Source of the DNA: a virus
Taxonomy: Duplodnaviria; Caudoviricetes
Virus record (IMG/VR): IMGVR_UViG_2639762749_000010
Span: 1 to 64,000 of that record
Reading direction: 5' to 3' (one strand)
Length of the DNA stretch: 64,000 bases
The notes under the pieces were generated by a model. That model worked only from the letters and a program-made list of their open reading frames with translations. It had not been told where the DNA came from and ran no database searches. Made by a program: the position numbers and the translations under genes. Below are positions 57,801 to 64,000 of this stretch, piece after piece (positions within the stretch are counted from its first letter, which is position 1; each line of letters opens with the position of its first letter).

Positions 57801-60800
57801 ACACACCCGGTCCATATCCCGGATAATCGCAAAAATAGAATCTTCAGGCTTTTCTTCGTACCCGTCGTATCTCGCATCCCGTTCTTTTTCTTCTTTGCTT
57901 TTTGATAAGGCGTCCGCCCGCAGGCGCAGTTCTTCATAAACCGCCTGCTGATATGCCGTCATGGGCACCGATTCAGTCTGAGGCACCACATCGGGGATAG
58001 CGACTTCATTGGAAACGTCCTTTGCCTCTTTTAAGGTCGCCCAGCGATGAAACAGGCCGCGTAACCCGTCCAGATTCTGGAACCCGACCAAGCCTAGTTT
58101 CGTTTCAATCTCACCCGATATCTTTTGCACCTGCACGGATTCGGTCATCCCGAACACCTTCACGAAGTCATCCGGCGTGTAGATCCCCATGCGTTGCCAT
58201 TCCGCCATCGGAATGACATGCGACAGCATATTGAACGCATCAATCGGGCTGTTAACCAACGGCGTCGCGGTCAGCATCACGGCCCCACGACCATTGTTAT
58301 TTTTCATCAGATAGGCGTTTTTGACGGCCATATCACGGGCTGACTTTGCCATGGCCGATGTCGGCAAATAGGCCAGCATGGACGCCTCACGCCCGGCGGC
58401 ATAACTGTTACGGTAGTTATGACCCTCATCAATAATCGCGTTATCAAAGCCCATATCTTCAAAATAAGGGAAATCCTGCTGTTTCTGACTGCCGGTGTTA
58501 CTGCCATCGGCCAGGATGCGGTTTTTCTTTTGCGCATCCTTGTGTTTTTGGCCGTCCAGATTGACGCGACCCGCTTCAGCTTGAGCAAACAGAAAATCAT
58601 AGGCATTGTCCGTGATCGTCTCTTCCCGCAGCGGAATAGCCGCATACTGCTCTTTGGTCATGACCACCGCACGGTAGTTGGATTGCGGGATCAGGTTCAT
58701 CCGCTCTTTAATCGTGGCGCTGCTGGCAATTTTAATCGCATTACGATACAGCGGTTCTCCCGTGTTCTTATCCAATTTCGGCTGGCCGTTCTCATCCAGT
58801 ACCGGCACCTGACGATGATGGCCTTCATCATCAAGCACCTCATCCAGACCGACAAACAGAAAACTTTTCAGCGCCTCTTTGCTGTAGAACGACTGGGCTT
58901 CGTGATACCAGTTTTCCAATACCGCTTTCGGCACCACAATCGGGGTGCGTTTGCTGCGGCCATTTTCAAAATTGTAGGCTTCCAGGGCCATTCCGGTGGT
59001 GGTTTTCCCCAGTCCCGTGCCAAAGCCCAGTATGCCCCGGCCATCTTCGGAAAGTCGTCTGACTTCGGTATTCTGATAACCGAATGGGGTGCGTTTTCCA
59101 GAAATCCCACTGAGATTCAGGCTGGCGGCGGAATGCTCATACGGAATATACGCATTGAAGGCATCGTTATATTGCTGCACAAGACCGTCTATCTCATCAT
59201 GCTGGCGGAGCCAGACGTTGAAATCCTCTTCTAAGCGTTTGATCCGTTCCAGATACACGGCCTCGTTCTGGCCGCGTGGCTTAATACCATTGAGGTAATT
59301 TTCAAGCTGATCGGCAAACCCGTCTTTGCCTCTGACGCGTTTATACTGAGGGATCGTCTGCCCCGTGTCCTTGTCTTTGGTCATGACGGTTTTGTGTCTG
59401 TAGCCGACAAAAACCCCATGCTTACCACGATAACTCAGATCAGAGACAAGCTGGCCTTCCTCTACCTCGACTTTCTCAATGTATTTCAGGGCGTCATAAC
59501 CTTGCTCGTTTAAAAACTCCAGCATCAGACGGCGATCCATCCAACGCGAGTTCAGGGAGAAAGTGATGTTATCGACTTCCGTCCATTTACGTTTGTTCTT
59601 AATTTCCACCAGCTGGCGCAGATAGTTTTCTTTCACCGCCCCTTCACGGGTGTAAGGTAAAACGGCCAGAATCTGGCTGTTCATTAAACCAATATCGCCG
59701 CTGGTGGCTCTGTCCATCGGCAACACGTTACCGTCAGCGGAAATGGCAACGCCTTCTTTGTCGGCGAGCCATGCCAGCAACGCTTCATCATCAGCCGGTA
59801 ATTCTCCGGTATAATGGGCGCGAAATGCCGCCAGCGTAACCGGGTCTAAATCGATTTGACTGAAGAGGTGGCGAATGACCGCTTCCGGATCGGTGCTGTC
59901 GTGAGCGTCCTGCACACCAATATCTAACGTGCCTTGTATCAGATCCGACAACTGCCCGTCTTGGGTCACACTCGCCTTGAACTTTAACCAGTCCGCCGCC
60001 CCGCTGCCGGACACATTGACACGCCGTCCATGATGGGGGTTCGCGCCCCGCGCCACCTCTTGGGTAATCAGCTGTTCGACCTCAGCGCGCCGCGTTTCCA
60101 GCTTTTCGCCCGCCGCACCGGAGGCCATCAGATCCTGCATCACCGCGATACGTTTGCCAATGACGGAGCCGCGATAGGCTTTTTCACGTACCGACGGCGG
60201 TTGCATCCGGGCAAACGTGATGATTGAACGGTATTCGGCGGGGAGTGTTTCGGGATAATTACTTGCAATGGCAGAAATCTGCTCAAAAGTGAGACTCAAT
60301 AACCCTTCAGACGTAGATAAGCGCTCCGATAGCTCTTCATACGTTGTGACGCCGTAACGCGTTGGATCGAGTTTCGTGGCCTTTGCCCCGGCATCATACA
60401 CCAGGCGGCCGGATTCCATCTGATACCAGCGACCATTGATAAACCGCTTTTCGCCCTCTGCCATCGGTGCAACATCCGGTTCTATCAGGTTGAGCGCGGC
60501 CCAATCAATGCGGGATTCAAACTTATGCGCAAGGTTACGCTTCATCTCACCCGCTGTTATCTGATCATTCTTCACCACCAGCCGTTTAAATTTGCCTGCA
60601 CCTTCTATGCTGGACTCACCGTGCTGAAATTTTCGGCCTTCCCGCTCAAACCATTTCCCGGCAAGGTACGTCTCCCACAGCACATTCGCGGATTTCAACG
60701 CGGGTTCATCGGCCATCAGGATTTTTTCGGCCAGATCGACCGGATGCTTTCTGAGTACCCAGATATCCACGGCGGTTGCCGTGCCGTTCTCTTCAAACGT

Positions 60801-61601
60801 GCCTGACGGTAGACGATGTGCCCCTAAAAACTCCGCCTTACGTGAAACCTGTTCACGTAACTTGGTGTAGGTTTTTCCACTGGTCATGCCATAGGGAACC
60901 ACAATGCAGGCCAATCCGTTCGGCTTAATTTTGTCTAAAATACGGAGAACAAAATACACCCCCACGTTTTTAACGTCTGAATACTCCGGGTCTAAATGGG
61001 CAAAACCGCCACGACTGGCACCAAAGGGCACATTACCCAGACAGCTATCAAAGTAATCATCAGGAGTATTGGAGGCGAGCTTTTCAAACGGGGAGATGGA
61101 AACCTGATCTTCAGGGTGCAGCAACTGATTAATCCGGCCTGATATTTCACTGATTTCGGTTGAAGTACAGATAACGCCTTTGGGTTTTGTTTCCTGAAAT
61201 ACGCCGGTGGCCGCTGAAGGCTCCAGCATATTGCCGGTATCAGCACCATAGGCTTTCATCATTTCCCACATGCCAGCGGCGACATGCTGGGGGGTGTAGT
61301 ATTCATATTCAGAACCGCCAATCCCCCCCAATCCGGTATAACCTGCCAAGATCTGGCGCTGTTCGTCCGTTAGTGTATATCCATCAAAATCAGGCGGGAG
61401 TGAATCAAGCAAAGCAATCGCTTCAGCATTGGCTTGTTTTCTCTTTCTTTCAATACTGACCCCCGCTGATTTTGTAATGCCAAAGCTGGCCGGTGATCTT
61501 GTTAATGAGGCGGAACGGATAACCCTAATCAGTTCAGCAATGCTGGTCACACCTAAAAACAACGAAGGATCACTTTTTGTCGAGGTTAATTTATCGCCCA
61601 A
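54864..61601 (-). CDS. darB: DarB antirestriction protein (methyltransferase plus SF2 helicase)
   Basis: 2245 aa; EYYTP, LEPSA.TG and GNVPF MTase motifs; GLGKT, DEGH, TATP and QRNGRG.R helicase motifs. Confidence 0.95.
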   Translation of the reverse strand: MGDKLTSTKSDPSLFLGVTSIAELIRVIRSASLTRSPASFGITKSAGVSIERKRKQANAEAIALLDSLPPDFDGYTLTDEQRQILAGYTGLGGIGGSEYEYYTPQHVAAGMWEMMKAYGADTGNMLEPSAATGVFQETKPKGVICTSTEISEISGRINQLLHPEDQVSISPFEKLASNTPDDYFDSCLGNVPFGASRGGFAHLDPEYSDVKNVGVYFVLRILDKIKPNGLACIVVPYGMTSGKTYTKLREQVSRKAEFLGAHRLPSGTFEENGTATAVDIWVLRKHPVDLAEKILMADEPALKSANVLWETYLAGKWFEREGRKFQHGESSIEGAGKFKRLVVKNDQITAGEMKRNLAHKFESRIDWAALNLIEPDVAPMAEGEKRFINGRWYQMESGRLVYDAGAKATKLDPTRYGVTTYEELSERLSTSEGLLSLTFEQISAIASNYPETLPAEYRSIITFARMQPPSVREKAYRGSVIGKRIAVMQDLMASGAAGEKLETRRAEVEQLITQEVARGANPHHGRRVNVSGSGAADWLKFKASVTQDGQLSDLIQGTLDIGVQDAHDSTDPEAVIRHLFSQIDLDPVTLAAFRAHYTGELPADDEALLAWLADKEGVAISADGNVLPMDRATSGDIGLMNSQILAVLPYTREGAVKENYLRQLVEIKNKRKWTEVDNITFSLNSRWMDRRLMLEFLNEQGYDALKYIEKVEVEEGQLVSDLSYRGKHGVFVGYRHKTVMTKDKDTGQTIPQYKRVRGKDGFADQLENYLNGIKPRGQNEAVYLERIKRLEEDFNVWLRQHDEIDGLVQQYNDAFNAYIPYEHSAASLNLSGISGKRTPFGYQNTEVRRLSEDGRGILGFGTGLGKTTTGMALEAYNFENGRSKRTPIVVPKAVLENWYHEAQSFYSKEALKSFLFVGLDEVLDDEGHHRQVPVLDENGQPKLDKNTGEPLYRNAIKIASSATIKERMNLIPQSNYRAVVMTKEQYAAIPLREETITDNAYDFLFAQAEAGRVNLDGQKHKDAQKKNRILADGSNTGSQKQQDFPYFEDMGFDNAIIDEGHNYRNSYAAGREASMLAYLPTSAMAKSARDMAVKNAYLMKNNNGRGAVMLTATPLVNSPIDAFNMLSHVIPMAEWQRMGIYTPDDFVKVFGMTESVQVQKISGEIETKLGLVGFQNLDGLRGLFHRWATLKEAKDVSNEVAIPDVVPQTESVPMTAYQQAVYEELRLRADALSKSKEEKERDARYDGYEEKPEDSIFAIIRDMDRVCTDPDLYNRTITFRFDKSHLNAVNALRDDLPLSVTDTDDDDDETVTASAEALVREEGKFVALVVSELYEKEVIQRLGMFGLSEDDITHPIPPKYSKLIANLKKSMVGGGKQIIFSDEKTQHEKLRRIIAQALGMKREDIGILNATTVAQAAKSNTKKLKKVKRPAEPKEDATPDQLNKYYEQKAAFDEYVAAQNDVSLGGLEKIAADYNEGRTPIIICNKKAEVGINLHIGTTAMHHLTLPWTPASLNQRNGRGARVGSSSASVKAYYYCGQGSFDEFRLDTLKRKANWIKDILTSDEAIMANADANNAEEMRLLLAADPEERERVRREQIEKAETLAKAKAKQRAEIDLTNYLKAKHASKGDSQSVEDTIKDYQAKIDDNKARLEDGHAKSPDAQKMLREQIAKYTDAITKQERLLVRMRQSENLIKRLRPEIKHAIDAGYLDVEPDILEHAAEYYVDKDKRLLRTGRVYYCRMPYREGSYYFDQFLVRVKAINIDTGIATVDQLWCDDKNGQLRNAAATLVTSLEAEADFSDSELVLKTWMFGGVSISDVASRLNRQQFYAYLKSGDLVLKDYDVFYRTEGSFDTHKLNGMLSNWLRENADNIVYPDANDEVLKSKVAEHYRGSSYRASSIGFLIALFGTDYRTAIDSYGETASPSLITELVAEYISDKLSNYGSESENMSGSGSAQLRHFLETGQYDASHFIKNAFGYRTFSVPSQYRNTVDFDREFAEQCQVIVARLNDAVAKQGKAAAHKEYRVFKSSLNSSLASVVERVQAFPTSNFRSFQDNYFENTAGYDKNFATLFADAVALGIIEEHDITESHFLNVQRHDGLFSEINQGYKKLRYGVGRWDEIKLKAGLISQEEVDKANAEKAQIEQETQKMRIAQLENNIIVKTNITAIRGGKGANRYDYAPDGCYCFNDIRGKDGALFEAKDELKVDFSATYYNGRNPSDELAGSWWLISKEHPLDKILAVIQRHE

Positions 61602-61618
61602 TGTTCACGTCTCTAAAT

Positions 61619-61655
61619 AAAGGTTTACTAGAATCGCCAATTCTAATAAACCTTT
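61619..61655. promoter_or_regulatory. Inverted repeat in the divergent darB/prt promoter region
   Basis: AAAGGTTTACTAGAAT-CGCCA-ATTCTAATAAACCTTT; arms differ at one position. Confidence 0.65.
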
Positions 61656-61680
61656 AATTTATGACTGGCGGGGAATAACC

Positions 61681-63351
61681 GTGAAATCCAAAACGTCGTG
61701 GTCGCCAATAGACATTCTGCGCAAGTTACTGCCCGCTCATGCTGAACGTGATGACTTGCACGGCGTGCCTATAGCAGGCAGTAACGGGGCGATCGTTTCC
61801 CGTTCGGGGATCGCGCTATATAAAAATGATGATTCAGATGTGTTTACCTCCACCGGCGATGAAATTCATGCCAGTACTCAGCTTCCTGAAGAACGGTTAT
61901 CGAAATACGCCATTTTAAGCATGATGGCGAAATCCCCCACCGTTGCCGCCGCACTGAATATCCACATTTCCAATGCGTTAAGCATGGACAAAAAATCCCG
62001 TTCCATCATCACCATTGAGCCCAAAGACACTGCGGATAATGAACTCAGTCAACGCTGTAAAGAACTGCAAGGCGATCTGGGTAAATTAATCAACGCAAAC
62101 CTGCCCAATTGGGCCCGCATCATGACGGTGTTCGGTACATCATACATCCGGCCATATGCGGAAAAAGGGAAAGGCATCATAGCACTGGAAAGTGACTATC
62201 ATACCCTGCCCCATTTTGTTCAGGAGTTTGTGCGCGGTGGTCAACTGGCGGGATTCACCGGCGATTTTTTACTGCACCCTGAAACCTATCAGCGTGTCAT
62301 GGCGCAACCGTGGGATCTCATCACCATGAGACTACCAATATGGGTGCCCAGTTATGACAATCGGCCAATGATGTATGGCAGTAACGGGTTTAGCCTGCTC
62401 TCTTCCATCGACGCATCACCATTACGAGAAACCCAAAATTACGGTGCCAGCTTTCTTGAACATTCTTATGAGGCATTCGTCAACCTGTGTGATGCACTGA
62501 AGGCGCTCAAAGCCACCCGAAATAACGCGGCCAAAATTGACCGCCTCGTTGCCCTGACAACAAACACACTCGATCCCGTGCAAGCCGCCAGCTACACACG
62601 CTCGGTGACACAGGGATTAAAGCGGAATGCGGTCGAAATCCAGCGCCGCATGATGAACGGAAACGCCCTTCCCACCGTGATGAACCATGTGATCCCGGTC
62701 ATGAGTGACGGGAAAGGCGGCATTGTGATTGATACCCAAACTATCCCTGCCGACATTACAGGGATCGAAGATGTGATGTTTCATTTACGCCAGCTGGCCG
62801 CGTCACTGGGTATCGATGCCACGATGCTGGGATGGGCAGATCAAATGAGCGGGGGCCTTGGTGAAGGCGGATGGCAACAGACATCAAGCAGTGCGGCTGA
62901 ACGCAGTGATTGGATACGCCACGGTTGCGCGGAAGCGATTTATCGCATCATCGATATTCACTGTGCCTTCAAATACGGCAAGGTTTTTCCGCCCAATGAC
63001 CGCCCCTACCAGATCACCTTTAATTCCCTGAATACGGCCATTCAGGAGCAACGAAACCGCGAACTCGATAGCCGGGCTAACTATTCTGCGCAGGTTGTGA
63101 CCGTGGTCGATGCCCTGCTCAATAACCCGAAAATGAGTGGTTCAGACACATTCATGCAGTACACCTTGGCCGACACAATGGAAATCGATCCCGATACCGC
63201 TCAGGCCATGATTAAAGAATTCAAGGCCACTCAGGACGATAAAGAGAACAACGACATGATGGAATCAGTCCCATTCACCGGAGCTGAATTCGATATCGAA
63301 TCCATGAGCCATGAAGAACTTAAAACTCTCTTCAAATTTATTACTAAATAA
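61681..63351 (+). CDS. prt: Portal protein
   Basis: ETQNYG.SFL, GIEDVMFHLRQLA..LG.D.T.LGWADQMSGGLGEGG; divergent from darB as in P1. Confidence 0.92.
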   Translation: MKSKTSWSPIDILRKLLPAHAERDDLHGVPIAGSNGAIVSRSGIALYKNDDSDVFTSTGDEIHASTQLPEERLSKYAILSMMAKSPTVAAALNIHISNALSMDKKSRSIITIEPKDTADNELSQRCKELQGDLGKLINANLPNWARIMTVFGTSYIRPYAEKGKGIIALESDYHTLPHFVQEFVRGGQLAGFTGDFLLHPETYQRVMAQPWDLITMRLPIWVPSYDNRPMMYGSNGFSLLSSIDASPLRETQNYGASFLEHSYEAFVNLCDALKALKATRNNAAKIDRLVALTTNTLDPVQAASYTRSVTQGLKRNAVEIQRRMMNGNALPTVMNHVIPVMSDGKGGIVIDTQTIPADITGIEDVMFHLRQLAASLGIDATMLGWADQMSGGLGEGGWQQTSSSAAERSDWIRHGCAEAIYRIIDIHCAFKYGKVFPPNDRPYQITFNSLNTAIQEQRNRELDSRANYSAQVVTVVDALLNNPKMSGSDTFMQYTLADTMEIDPDTAQAMIKEFKATQDDKENNDMMESVPFTGAEFDIESMSHEELKTLFKFITK

Positions 63352-63384
63352 CCTCTGTTGTGCCGACTTTTGAGGAAAAAAGAT

Positions 63385-64000
63385 ATGAATAATTTAATGA
63401 CCGTCACTGACCGCTTTTCGGTAATTGACAACATTCGCAAACACACCCCACAGAATGCCAGAAACTATGTACTCAGTTCGGTTAAAGCATCACTGGAAAG
63501 CAACGAAGTTAAAGAACGCATGGCATTAGGCGAACTCTACGGTTTCTATGGACATAACCGGCGCGAAGAATATTACAAACGCACAGGAGAGTTACGACTA
63601 CCTGAAACCAGTTTTATCATGATCGATGGAAAACCGGTCGCATTGGACAATGTACCGTCCAACAGAACGGTCGCGATTAACATCGACGATTCAGGTATTA
63701 TTAGCCACTCTCAGGAAATATTAGACACGGATACTGGCCGAATTGTTAAAGGCATGGAACGCTCACGAGCTGGGGGTTGGAGTTGGGTCACTGGCGGGTC
63801 AGACAGCCCTTGGAAATCTGTAGTACGCCGTTTTTACGGTTTCGATTATGTCACTACCCCCAATTACATCAGCCTCGATCGTGAAATCATGATGGCGGAA
63901 TCGGCATCAGACCGGCAAAGCCACATTGTCCTGGCATTCGTTAACTCAGGTTTTAGCGAAAGCGCCGCCATTGACCTCTCCGACCATTTTGAAAAAATGC
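63385..64000 (+). CDS. pro: Prohead protease (partial)
   Basis: Not in the ORF track. MNNLMTVTDRF...RNYVLSSV...LGELYGFYGH...GGWSWVTGG...GFDYVTTPNYISL. Confidence 0.9.
   Translation, partial: MNNLMTVTDRFSVIDNIRKHTPQNARNYVLSSVKASLESNEVKERMALGELYGFYGHNRREEYYKRTGELRLPETSFIMIDGKPVALDNVPSNRTVAINIDDSGIISHSQEILDTDTGRIVKGMERSRAGGWSWVTGGSDSPWKSVVRRFYGFDYVTTPNYISLDREIMMAESASDRQSHIVLAFVNSGFSESAAIDLSDHFEKM

Noticed and set aside
1-64000. CRISPR array, rRNA, canonical tRNA, IS/transposase, reverse transcriptase
   Set aside because: No repeat-spacer periodicity, cloverleaf with TTC loop, or DDE/RT motifs seen. The duplicated segments are therefore not treated as DGR template/variable repeats.

Overview
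The window is about 64 kb of a P1-like (Punavirus-type) phage-plasmid genome. MrpJ-type regulators and the tail-fibre style suggest a Morganellaceae host such as Xenorhabdus or Photorhabdus (inference). Core P1-like modules are: the tail/baseplate operon (S partial, R, 16, bplA, pmgA, sit, pmgB, tub, pmgC, bplB, pmgG, 21, sheath 22, capsid 23); spanins; upfB and PAAR upfC; dam; rdgC; genes 5-6-24-7-25-26; cre with a candidate new lox site; coi; c1; pacB/pacA with a GATC-rich pac site; lpa; mat; pmgM; lxc; ulx; darB; prt; and pro (partial). Differences from P1 are: a ParM/ParR partition pair; no immI/repL block between pmgC and bplB; a gp16 extended by repeats; a lambdoid nin block inside the tail operon; at least six toxin-antitoxin loci, several decayed; a motif-degenerate dUTPase; a low-GC putative toxin plus lipoprotein immunity pair; and an unknown Trp-rich domain found both free-standing and fused to an MrpJ-type HTH. 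Non-coding candidates include a C4-like antisense RNA, an sRNA-Xcc1-like tRNA-shaped RNA, two unnamed structured RNAs, a repeated C1 operator-like motif and a probable +1 frameshift in pmgB. All homology calls rest on motif recognition, recalled P1 proteins and synteny; no database search was run.
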